Positions 52,701 through 64,000 of a stretch of 64,000 nucleotides of DNA are shown here, one piece after another (position 1 is the first letter of the stretch; every line of letters begins with the position of its first letter). The notes under the pieces were generated by a model. It had not been told where the DNA came from and ran no database searches. It saw only the letters and a list, made by a program, of their open reading frames with translations. This stretch comes from Octopus sinensis (Eukaryota). The stretch spans positions 72,354,001-72,418,000 of the forward strand of contig NC_042999.1 in NCBI RefSeq assembly GCF_006345805.1, given 5' to 3'. The translations under genes were made by a program, and so were the position numbers.

Positions 52701-54242
52701 TTCTAAGGAAAAAAACAATAATTTACAATAACAATATCAGCAATTCGAAAAGTAATAATCAAACAACAAATATTTAACGCTCTGGCTTACGACAAAAATA
52801 CTCCGTTATCAACAACTCAAACCACCTGCAAATCTACGCGCCGCTTCGAATACATACATTACACTGTATTTCTTTATTTGGCACCACGGCCACAACACAG
52901 AGGACACTACAAGGGCAGACACAACACCACAATTGGGACATAAAACATAAAACGAATGAGAATGAAATGTTATATAAAAATGAAGAAATGAAATGGCTGC
53001 ATGGGCCCATTCCCATGCAGTACCATTTGAACGTTTATACACACTATTTACGATCGTTCTATTTTCTATTGTTTTTTTCTTAATTATCTTTTTTTCCTCT
53101 TTTTTTCATTGAAACATTTTTACTTTTTACTTTTTTTTTCTTTCTTTCAACAAAATAATTTTACTTACTCTTTTTTGTTCCATTTTAATACCTCATGTGA
53201 GGCTCCACATCTCTGGTGGCAGTTCATCGAACTCCACCAACACTCCCGGCGGGTCAGTCTTGTTTCCGCACATGTCTACTAGTCTATTGTAGAATACATA
53301 CACTACACTGATTATCACTGACAGTGCGCATGCGCCTCTATACGGTTTAGCTATCCCACAGGGTCGTCAGGATTTCACCACAACATGCACTGAGTTAAAA
53401 TCCCTTAGAAAAAAAAAACGCTAATGGCTTATTTTGTTATATACTTCTGAATAACTGTTATTGTTGCTTTTGTTGATATGTTTCTTGAAGTTCCGACTGA
53501 ACAGATCCAGCATCAAAACTTTTCGAGCAGGGACCATCTATTGCATTATGTTCAATGAATCAAGTTTTGTCTATTGTATAATGTATCAAGGATCACATTT
53601 TAACAAGCTAAAGTGTGATCTGAAGGGGGATATAACTGCTGTTTCTGACAAGTCAAGCAACCGTATACCCACTACTCTTTATCTCGTTTTTGATTATAGT
53701 TTCCCTAACATTTTATTCCTACGTTTTTTTTTACGCTTCCTTTTATTTTAGATACTGTACTTCCAATTTGTTTAAATGTCAAATATTAATATTTATCAAA
53801 TGAGAAAAACAAATTAATACAATTTTATTTCTTCGTTATTTTAAGACGTACCATGATTAATTTGCATATTTAAAATAATCAGCATACAAATAGATAGATA
53901 GATAGATAGATAGATATGGAGATGTGTAAAAGCGTATGTGTTCGTGTATTTGTATTCGTCCCTACTAAGGGTACAAAACCGGAGTTCTGTTGCTCATGCC
54001 CACGTTCTGCAAAAGAAACCGATAGAATAAATACCAGACTTGAAAAAATATGTACTGTGTGGACTGAGGGCCCTTGGGAAACTAAATCCTTCACGGCGTT
54101 ATAACGTTTTGTTTCAACGTTTAACACATAAAACATTTGAATTTGAATTCCAGAAGATTCATTTCATTTGACATAAATTTTTGAATGCATTCGTCTCATT
54201 GGCATTTTGTATGGCTTTTATTCTATATTTAAATATACTGGC

Positions 54243-54564
54243 GTGAGGGCGCGTGGCTTAGTGGTTAGGGCATTCGGCTCATGATCGTAAGGTTGTGAGT
54301 TCGATTCCCAGCGACGCGTTGTGTCCCTGAGCAAGACACTTTATTTCACGTTGCTCCAGTCCACTCAGCTGGCAAAAATGAGTTGTACTTGTATTTCAAA
54401 GGGTCAGCCTTGTCACTCTCTGTGTCACGCTGATTTTCCCCGAGAACTACGTTAAGGGTACACGTGTCTGTGGAATGCTCAGCCATTTGCACGTTAATTT
54501 CACGAGCAAGCTGTTCCGTTGATCGTATCAGCTGGGACCCTCGTCGTCGTAACCGGCGGAGTCT
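54243..54564 (+). mobile_element. tRNA-derived SINE (core A, tail 1), full length with 15-bp TSD
   Basis: TSD tttaaatatactggc at 54228-54242 and 54565-54579. Near-identical to 2604-2932. Confidence 0.92.
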
Positions 54565-55032
54565 TTTAAATATACTGGCACAATAGAAACGATCGTCGGC
54601 AATGTACGGTGTAATCACCAATTCACGATGCGATATTATCCATTCTTGTCCATGTTGTTATGTGTGTGTGTATTCAGATCCCTTTCCTTTATACTGATCA
54701 AATGAATGTCTAATGACTTGCTTAAGAAACTCAGAGTAAAATATACAACCTAGAGTAACATACATAAGAATTGGTATTACTTTAAATACGCATGCGTATA
54801 TAATTCTTTCTAATTTGCCCACGAGACCAGCAATCTTGAGGAATAAAGATTAATTGGATATATCGACCTCAGTCATCTTACCTGGTAATTATTTTGTGGA
54901 CCCCGAAAGTTTCAAAATGAAAGCGGCGTTCGAAATTAGAACGTAAGCAACCAGAAGAAATGCTGATAAATATTTTTCCCGGCGTGCTAGCGATTCTGCC
55001 ACCTTATTTCTTTATATGCATATATATATAAC

Positions 55033-55328
55033 GCATGGCTCAGTGATTAGAACAGCGGGTTCACTATCATGAGGTAGTGAGTTCGATTCTCGAAGCGGGC
55101 TGTGTGTTGTGTTCTTGAGCAAGACATTTATATTTTACGTTATTCCAGTTCACTCAGCTGCAGAAATGAGTCGCGACGTCTCCGGTGCCAAGCAGTATCG
55201 ACCTTTGTTTTTCCTTTGGACAACATCAGTGGCGTGGAGAGGGAAGACTGCTGGTCTTTCATAAGCAACCTTGCTCAGGCCTTCGGAACTTTTTAGGTGC
55301 AATCCCATGGCTTTTCATGACTGAAGAG
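55033..55328 (+). mobile_element. SINE (core A, tail 2); second copy at 62690-63030 (-)
   Basis: Core ttgagcaagacattt..cactcagctg..aaatgagt, followed by cgcgacgtc..ggtgccaagc..gctggtcttccataa. Confidence 0.75.
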
Positions 55329-56251
55329 ATTCCTCTACATGTATTACCCAACTTCTGTGTGTGTGTGTGTAAATGTATATCTATAACATATAAATATATG
55401 TACATTAATATAAGAGAGAAGAAAAGAGAGAACGACAAAGGGGAGATAGAAATAAGACATTTTAAAATCAAGAAGTATTGTATGACAAAAAAAAAGAGTT
55501 AACAAAACTAAATCTGCCGATATTCAAATTCAAATAATGTTTTATGTGTTGAACGTTTTAACAAACTAAGAGAATTCTTTGTTTAGGAAAATATTAAAAA
55601 GTCAGTCAAGTAACTTGATAACATTATTTGTATAATGGGTGCACAACCTGCATTAATTTGAATACTGATTTATCGTTTTCTTCATCTATAATGATCTTAT
55701 TCAATTATCGAGTTTGTAATTCTAATGACGGAATTAAAAAGTCATGAAATGAAGCTGAATAAATAACGAAATAAATAAGCACTTCAAGTTTTTTTTTGTT
55801 GTTTTATTGTATATGTATGTGTGAGTGATGTGCATGTGTGTGGATGTGTGTGTGTGAGAGAGTGTTTGTGTGTGCGGGGGCGGGGGTAGTGCGCGCGTGC
55901 GCGTTTTTTAATGAAATTACATTATGAAATTAGAGAATATGGAGTTAAATATAAACTGCATGTTAAATACCTATCCAGATGATTAAAAACCTTATATTTT
56001 CCACTTTTACCTGTTTCAGCCTGCGGGTTGCGGCCATACTGGACCAACGCCATTGTCTAAATGTTACCGGTTAATGTGGTTAGACTTCCTTAAAGGATGA
56101 TAATCTCTGTTTTTGTTGTTTATTTTTTCTATCTACGGTAGTTTGTGCTCCTCAGTGTCCTATACAAGCAGGTCTAATAAGCTGGATGATTTTAAGCACT
56201 GATCCATGATAGATTTCCGTCGGTGTTAATAAAATTAGCATCAGCAATATA

Positions 56252-56503
56252 AATAAAAAATTAAATGCGCCCTTTTAAAGCTTAGCCAGGCTCATGGGCC
56301 CGGTTTCAATGGCGTATGTGTTCCCCAGCTGGACGGGACGCCAGTCCATCGCAGCGTTACTCATTTTTGCCAGCTGAGTGGACTGAAGCAACGTGAAATG
56401 AAGTGTTTTGCTCAATTACACAATGCGTCGCCCAGTCCAAGAATCGAAACCACAATCTTATGATCATGATGCTGACACCCTAACCACTAAGCCACACGCC
56501 TCC
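56252..56503 (-). mobile_element. SINE (core A, tail 3)
   Basis: Core A followed by aacgctgcgatggactggcgtcccgtcc..gaaaccgggcccatgagcc. Flanking repeat cagcaatata on both sides. Confidence 0.8.
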
Positions 56504-57091
56504 ACCAGCAGCAATATAGTGAATTCTATTTAACAAACAACACTATGTCGAACCAGTGAACACTCAACCTCCTATAAAGAGTAACAAAATCAGATTCCCC
56601 TAAAATGAGACACTGCTCCCTTTAAAAAGGAAAGAAATAATGGATAAAGCGGTTTTGGATACACTATATTTGGCAATAAAAGATGTGATAGCCATAACTG
56701 GAACGTTTTTGATTACAGATCTGCTTTAGAAGACTAAACTCGGGTGCCAAACAATGACATCAGTAAAACTCACCAATTTAGACAACAGCACCACTAATAC
56801 TACCATCACCAACACTATTACCTTCATCAAGTCAATGTGGCTTCAGGTTTCTATAAAAGCAGTTATTTTCCTAAAATCTCGCGAAACCGTTTCCCAAGCA
56901 TGAAGAACGCTTCAGAAATATAGTTCGAAAAAAGAAACGAGATTGTCGTAGTTGGAATGCTTTTGACCATTGGACTAATCGATCATAATTCACCTAGAAT
57001 CAAACAATAAAGAAAATGTGGCTTCTAGCTTAGATTGTTTATGAGACTCATTCCAATCTAATGTTAAGATAATATTTATTATAAGCCTTTA

Positions 57092-57405
57092 AGGAGGCGC
57101 AATGGCTCAGTGGTTAGGGCAGCGGGCTCGCGGGCAGCGGGCTCGCGGTCAGAGGATCGCGGTTTCGATTCCCAGACCGGGCGTTGTGTGTGTTTATTGA
57201 GCGAAAACACCTAAAGCTCCACGAGGTCCGGTTGGAGGTGATGATGACCCCTGTTGTACTCTTTCGCCCCAACTTTCTCTCACTCTTTCTTCCTGTTTCT
57301 TGAGTAACGCTGCGATGAACTGGCGTCCTGTCCAACTGGGGGGAACACATACGCCACAGAAACCGGGAAACCGGGCCCATGAGCCTGATTAGGCTTGAAA
57401 AGGGC
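57092..57405 (+). mobile_element. SINE (core B, tail 3) with a 15-bp internal duplication in the head
   Basis: The tail matches 56252-56360 (reverse complement). TSD-like ataag(c/t)ctttaa at 57081 and 57413. Confidence 0.82.
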
Positions 57406-60088
57406 CTATGAGATAAGTCTTTAAACATTTTGCTGGCTGTGTTCTTTCCTCTTATTTGCTATGTCAGTATTTCCGGGGGCCAAGAAGTTCGATACTCGCA
57501 TAAAATATGTGACCACGCAACGATTCTTAAAAAAGAACATCCATCCCAGCACGTCGCAACATGCTAACGTGTATATATGCATGTGTATATATGCATTCGT
57601 ACAAGTGCGTAAATATAGACATGTGCACAAGGCTGTATAGAAAGACACAAACGTGCAGCAATGTTTAGGAATGTGACGCAGGCATGTATCCAAGTGTTGT
57701 GCACGTATATGTGAATATACGTTGCAGGGATATATGTGCATGTATGTACATAAGTTTATATGCACATACGTACATACGTATGTGCATACAAATGAACCAG
57801 TCCGTGCAAACACATTCTAGTTAGTATTCGAGTGTATTCCACACGGTTCTTAGTCCCAATGTGGGTTTGAGTGTGAATATTTTATAAATGTATGTGAGGG
57901 TGAAAGCAATCCTGTGGAAACTGATATGCGTGTGTATATAAGGCTGCGTATGTTTGTATATTTAGATAATCAAATGCATAGATGCACATATGTTGTGCGC
58001 ATATCTATGCTTGTATACATTTTCACCAAGAAGTGTGAATAGGCGTACGTCTGTTTTCACATATATACGAACATTCATATAAATGTGGGACGAAAATGGC
58101 AATTTTTACACGAAACATTTAACCTCTAGCCGACAGCTAATATCCTTATGAAAATCAAATCTATTTCTACTATTATGTCCTCTTTATTCTATCACTACCT
58201 TCCAAGCATATAATATCGACTGACTTTATCGTAAAACCAGTATCATGTGATTTTTTTCCCAGGAAATATCTATGTACTCGATAAATTCCGTGCATGGAAA
58301 ATTTTCACAATATTTTCCATATTTATGTATTATCGATTGTGCTTATCATATCTTCCATATTAATTTAATATTGATTGACTATATCCGATAGCCACTACGT
58401 CATAAAACTTCTTCCCGCAAAAAAAAACTATTGCCCGAAAAAGTCTGCTCATGGAAAATTTTCACGAGATTTTCCATATTTTATGTTTCTAAGTTATTCT
58501 CATTAAAAATCAAGCGAAAATTACTCGCCCAAAGGGTACCGCCCTGTCTATGTGGTCACGCTAGTATGCAAAACACGGGTTCTAGTATGTTCACCCTAAC
58601 ATGCAAAACTCAAAACCTAGCATCAAATTCAAACATTCTTCAAAGTTTTCCGTGTATTTTTTCCATAATGGGGAGTATATATATATATGTATGTATGTAT
58701 ATACTGGCTATAAGTAAGCATATATATAATTGCTTACATATAATTTCATTGCTTTATTAATGCGCACAAAAGAAAGGAACCAATCGGTATCAGGTATACT
58801 TTTACTTTCTAGAACATTGAGTTAAATCGTATTGTCGTGTAGCAATTTTGTAATTTCTTAATGTATAATTTTAAAGCATTCAATGCTCTTTTTATTCTGT
58901 GGTATGCACAGGGTGTAAAGCAACTCATAAGATACCAAACTAAATGTTATATGTACAGTAGAAGGGGGTGATAAAAATGTGATGCTGCTGAAGCATTAGG
59001 GCTTGCACAGTCAAAGTTGAAAGCCACAATGAATCAACTTGGCAAAATAAACGTTATCATGTGCAAAATTCCTGTGAGCCTAACTCTTCTAAACTAAAAG
59101 ACATACAATTATGATAAATATAGTGAAAACGTTTAGTGCTAAGATGTCGAAGCATCAACCACCAATTTGTCATTATCATGTACAAAGTTTAAATTCATTT
59201 AGTTGAAACAAATATTTATTTACTGAGTGATTAGGTAAACAAATTCCATATATCTCTGGATTTTCCGTTTAATGTCCATATAATAAAAAACATTTGAAGA
59301 TGTCTTTCATCATTCTTAAAGTACCGGAATGGTGGAATTTTGAACAAATAATGGTTTAAAGTTCTGTCACCAAACGCATTTAATCCTAACAACAGTGTGA
59401 TACAAATATTTGCTATTTTTTCTTCCTTTGAAAAAATAAAACATTTCCAAAATAGCCCACATTCCCATATATTTAAAGTAAGAGTTGGTGGATGATAACG
59501 TCTTTCTCATTATTAGTGATGGAAATTCGAGAGCTGTCTGAATGTCAACGCGTGGTGATTCCTCTTTTATGCTATTTCTATTGATTTGAGATGATTTTCT
59601 TCGTCTTTTCAAACCATCATCAAAAAGCAACAAATGTTTGAGCGAAATTGATTAAATAAAAAGTACACACACGCTCATACACCGGCGGTTCTTGTGTGAG
59701 AGAAAATCTCTTCATAGATAGGGTGTATTAAAAACACTATGTATATATATATATGTAAATATAAAGTGACAATTATTCGGTAGCCATGATAATTGTCACA
59801 TATATTTACAGATAAATTCTTCTATTTACAAAATATTGAGGTCTTTTGTTGTCTTATCATTTCTATCAATATATATATATGTGTGTGTGTGTGTATGCAT
59901 GTATGTATATCGGAGCAAGCCCATCCCAGAAGCGGTCCATACGAACGCCAGGCCTCTTAAAACGTGTGGCCATGAACTCAAGTTAAAAATTATTAATATT
60001 TACATTTAAATACCCGATTTATTTTACATTTCCTGTCGTGTGTCTTCCAGTTACTCATTCTTTATTTTGGTTTCTCTATATTCTACAG

Positions 60089-60585
60089 ACGCTGAAAAAT
60101 TAAACCTATCAATAATGAATAACACTGCACTTGGGAGTTTAAGTCCCAAAAAGGACGTTGTTCCCTCGAATCCTTTCCAAAAGAAAGAAATAAATAAAAT
60201 CTCTCTGTCATCTGACCTTGTGAACAGTAATACAGGAAAGTATGCTACCTTACCGACTCGTTACATTCAGCGACCTCAATCCTGCTTTGTGACATCTAAA
60301 GATACCTCTTTTAAATCTCTGGATGTCATACTGGAATGCAGCCCACAGAAAGTTAAGATGAAGCAGACGATCAATACAGACGACGTGTCATCCGATATGG
60401 CGCAGCTAAAGGCAGCGGCTGCCAGACTTAAGCTTTCAACTAAAAGACCGAGTTATGTAGCTTGGCAAGCTAAGGCTCAGGAAAGGTCGACAATTCTAAA
60501 ACAGGCGATTAATACTGCTGACTGTCTTACAAAGGAGAGGAAAGCTTGGATTAGCAACACCTTGCGGTGGATCGCACAAGAACTG
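60089..60585 (+). CDS. FAM167A: Coding exon of a FAM167-family (FAM167A/B-like) gene. Acceptor ttctacag|60089, likely ATG at 60115, phase-0 donor CTG|gtaagt after 60585. Downstream exon(s) lie outside the window.
   Basis: The translation contains LKAAAARLKLSTKRPSYVAWQAK and ISNTLRWIAQEL. These match, from recall, vertebrate FAM167A [23 protein letters not shown] and IDEAIAWLRKEL. There is a polypyrimidine tract plus AG upstream, a GTAAGT donor exactly after QEL, and an uninterrupted 157-codon frame. Confidence 0.82.
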
Positions 60586-60630
60586 GTAAGTATAAAACAA
60601 TAATTAATCTTATATTTCAAATCCGTATTT

Positions 60631-61028
60631 GTTTCTATTCAAGGCACAAGGATCGAAATTTTTGTGGGAGGGAGCCAGTCGATTAGATCGACCACTGTAC
60701 GCAACTGGTACTTATTTTATAGACCCCGAAAAGATGAAAAGCAAAGTCGACCTCGGCAGTATTTGAACTCAGAACATAAAAACAGACGGAATACCTATTT
60801 CTTTACTACCCACAAGGGGCTAAACACAGAGAGGACAAACAAGGACAGACAAACGGATTAAGTCGATTATATCGACCTCAGGGCGTAACTGATACTTAAT
60901 TTATCGACCCCGAAAGGATGAAAGGCAAAGTCGATCTCGGCGGAATTTGAACTCAGAACGTAACGGCAGACGAACTACCGCTGAGCATTTCATCCGGCGT
61001 GCTAACGTTTCTGCCAGCTCGCTGCCTT
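60631..61028 (-). mobile_element. Dimeric K-type SINE with a 70-bp linker and a 15-bp TSD
   Basis: Two K bodies joined by ccgtttgtctgtccttgtttg..gaaataggtatt. TSD ttcaaatc(c/t)gtattt at 60616 and 61027. Confidence 0.88.
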
Positions 61029-61461
61029 CAAATCTGTATTTAGTTATGACAATTAATACTTCTTTTGTAAAGTCGTCTTGATATTTGAACAGAAGTTAAG
61101 GCAGTGAGCGGACAGAATTTCAAACTTTGTGTCTATAGTAGAAAGGATATTCGAGCAAAAGTTAATTTTGATGTACCAGACAAAGCCTGGATATAATTAA
61201 AGAGTTTAGCACTCATTATTGCCAGAAATAAGCTATATGCAACTCCAAAGATTCAGTTCCTAGCAATGCAACAGCGCTAATGTTTTAAAAAAATTTAATA
61301 TTACTGTTGTTTTAAGGTGGCGAGCTGGTAGAAACGTTAAGCACGCTAGGCGAAGTGCATACTGAGGTCGATCTTATCGATTGGCACCCTCCCCCAAAAT
61401 TACGGGCCTTGTGCCTAGAGCAGTAAAGAATATTTAAGAAACATTTAATATTGTTGTTTTA

Positions 61462-61860
61462 AGGCGGCGAGCTGACAGAAACGTTTGCACGCCGGGCGAA
61501 ATGCGTAGCCGTAATTTCGTCTGCCGTTACGTTGTGAGTTCAAATTCCGCCGAGGTCGACTTTGCTTTTCATCCTTTCGAGGTCGATAAATTAAGTATCA
61601 GTTACGCACTGGGGTCGATATAATCGACTTGATCCGTTTGTCTGTCCTTGTTTGTCTCCTCTGTGTGTAGCCCCTTGTGGGCAGTAAAGAAATAGGTATT
61701 TCGTCTGTCTTTACGTTCTGAGTTCAAATTCCGCTGAGGTCGACTTTGCCTTTCATCCTTTCGGGGCCGATAAATTAAGTACCAGTTGCGTACAGGGGCC
61801 GATCTAATCGATAGCACCCCTCCCCAAAAATTTCAGCCCTTGTGCCTAGAATAGAAAAGA
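61462..61860 (+). mobile_element. Dimeric K-type SINE, inverted relative to 60631-61028; a deleted monomer lies at 61315-61430
   Basis: Same dimer and linker architecture; roughly 85-90% identical by eye. Confidence 0.88.
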
Positions 61861-63554
61861 ATATTATTGGTGTTTTATCCCAAGTCAACCCTAATTAAAC
61901 AGACTTATGATAAAATACATTCCAGCCGTGACCGACATTTTTTTCATCTATGCACAGTAAACTTAGAAGCACATTATCCAACGCGTGCTTCCTTTCTAAA
62001 ACAGCTGCGATGGTATGGTTCGAGGAATATTTTGGCTACTATTCTAGCAAAACAAACAGACACCATAGAAGCTTCCTGTGTTGGTTCGTCGATACCCTTT
62101 CTATGGAAAACGATTCATCTCCTATTTACAACTTTATACATTTTGCTTGCTCCAAATTGCTACTATTATTAAATAAAATTATATGGACTTTACAACATCT
62201 CATTTAACTCTTCCATAATCACGTCTTTCGAACCTCCTCGTATTCGTTTGACCAGCTAGATTGCTAGAAATAGCAATCATGAAGCATCAAACTACTTCCT
62301 CCACATCGAATAATGCTGTCCGAGTTATGATTTTCCTGAAGATTTTCCAGCCATGACCATGCCTTCGTCTCATACCTATTTTCTATCAGGGTTGACCCTT
62401 ATGAGAAAGCCTCTACTTTGTGACTCATTTTAGTCATAAGAACAGCCAAAACCTTCTCATATTATGCCCTATTACTGCTTAGAAAATGTTATCACATTGA
62501 ATAATATAATTGTCTATGAACTGTTCCATGGAAGATGGGATGGTCACAGGTGCAATGCTTTCGTTTATAGGTCGAATCTATCGGGATTGACTTAGGGTTA
62601 AACGTCAGCAACATGGCAGAGTCTACCAAGCTATCAACATCTGCTGCAAGATAAGGAGCATTTTACTATTATACACAGTAGTGGCACTATAGGGTAAAGA
62701 CCCCTTTCGGTCATGAATGACCATGGGATTGCACCAAGAAAGTTACCCTCCGAGGCACAAGTCAAAGCAAGGTTGTTTATGGAAGACCAGCAGTCGCCCA
62801 TGCATACCAGCCTCTCCTCTTCATGCCACCAGTGTTATCCAAGAGAAAGGCAAAGGCCGATGCAGCTTGGCGCCAATGACGTCGCAACTCATTTCTACAG
62901 CTGAGTAAACTGGAGCAACGTGAAATAAATTGACTTGTTCAAGAACAAAACACACAGTCCGGTCCAAGAATCGAACTCACTATCTCATGATAGTGAGCCC
63001 GACGCTCTAACCACTGAGCCATGCGCCTTCAGGCATTATAAAAACTGCTACCTTTCAGTAGTGGGATCAACTCCTGCAAGTACCATTTAAAGAAAGAAGG
63101 GCCCCACTATTGCCTGTTTGTCATTTCTCAACCTGCTAGCAATTCAAATCTCCCTCAAATCATACCGTCTTAAATAAGAAAGGACGTATTGATCAAAGGA
63201 GTCTCAAATATAAAAAGAAATTCTAAAATACTCGACCAAAGCTTTGCTGAGTTATGATGAACTTGTGGACTACTAAAAACTACAATAGCCGTGTGACTCC
63301 TAGCTATAGGGAGTACTCTTTAACAAATTACATTTTTCCTTAGTTCTGTCAGAAATCCTTACTGAAGCTCAAAAAGCAATGGGTAAGATGGCTAATAACT
63401 CATTTCCCTCTTACTACACAGACACACACATACGCAAAGAAAGATATAACGACTTTCCCACAATGACATTATCTCATATAACTTTTCGCTCGCAAAATTG
63501 CTTATAATTAGGAAAATAATAGATAGATAGACAGACATGCATGTATACATACAA

Positions 63555-63595
<41 letters not shown>

Positions 63596-63729
63596 GAGTT
63601 TAGACTAGGTGGTTGAAAGAAGCTATGCGAAAAAAAATATGCCCGGTTCATATGCAACTGACCATATTCTGCCACGTGGAAACACCTGTAAATCGACATA
63701 ACCATAAAAATATGCTGTATAATATTATA

Positions 63730-63942
63730 CGAGGGGTGCTGAAAAGTTCTTGGCTTTAAGGGTGTCGCGAAAGGCCCGTTTGGAGACCCAACCTTCTGAG
63801 GTCTTTTACAGGACTTAGAAAAACTGAAGGGCTGCTGTAATAAGTGCGTTTATCTTAGTGGGAAATATGTTGAATAAAATCATTAACTGATCCTCCTGTA
63901 TTTTCTCTTACCCAAACCCAGGAACTTTTCAGCACCCTCTCG
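63730..63942 (+). mobile_element. 213-bp mariner-derived MITE
   Basis: TIRs cgaggggtgctgaaaagttcttgg and ccaggaacttttcagcaccctctcg, TA on the left. Retains the last codons of a mariner transposase (LEKLKGCCNKCVYLSGKYVE*). Confidence 0.8.
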
Positions 63943-64000
63943 CATATATCATTTACTGCTGTGCTGCAAATATTAAGTACCAATCGTTCGTCTTTACGTT

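Noticed and set aside
52850-53400. Possible retroelement 3' end on the minus strand with AATAAA, a small hairpin and an NRF1-like GCGCATGCGC (53326-53335)
   Set aside because: No coding motif or second copy in the window to define it.
58294-58490. 37-bp direct repeat with an NF-kB-like GGAAAATTTTC
   Set aside because: More likely internal repeats of an old element; the motif is AT-rich and imperfect.
63341-63381. Possible micro-exon (ttttccttag ... atgg|gtaaga)
   Set aside because: It does not encode the expected FAM167 continuation and has no other support.

Overview
AT-rich, microsatellite-dense eukaryotic DNA. The SINE, Penelope-like and (TA)n/(ATT)n repeat content points to a coleoid cephalopod, probably Octopus; this is an inference. 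The only convincing host coding sequence is one exon at 60089-60585 (+) encoding the N-terminal part of a FAM167-family protein, with clean splice signals; its C-terminal exon is not in the window. Most other recognisable sequence is mobile-element debris: Penelope-like elements (PLEs) of two lineages, several with minimal type I hammerhead-ribozyme motifs; R4/Dong-type restriction-like-endonuclease LINE 3' ends in (TAA)n tracts; three Tc1 elements, a mariner and two MITEs; a Gypsy RNaseH/integrase remnant; three L1/Tx1-like ORF1-only remnants; CR1-like fragments; and several tRNA-derived SINE families. The structures most worth a second look are: (i) repeated fold-back or 5'-inversion events in PLE-type elements that create hairpins; (ii) SINEs built from interchangeable cores and tails; (iii) an inverted pair of about 400-bp SINE dimers directly behind the FAM167 splice donor; (iv) two Tc1 derivatives truncated at nearly the same point. 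Frequent 1-nt indels between near-identical copies suggest residual long-read error, so some frameshifts, duplications and fold-backs could be assembly artefacts. All alignments and folds were done by eye.
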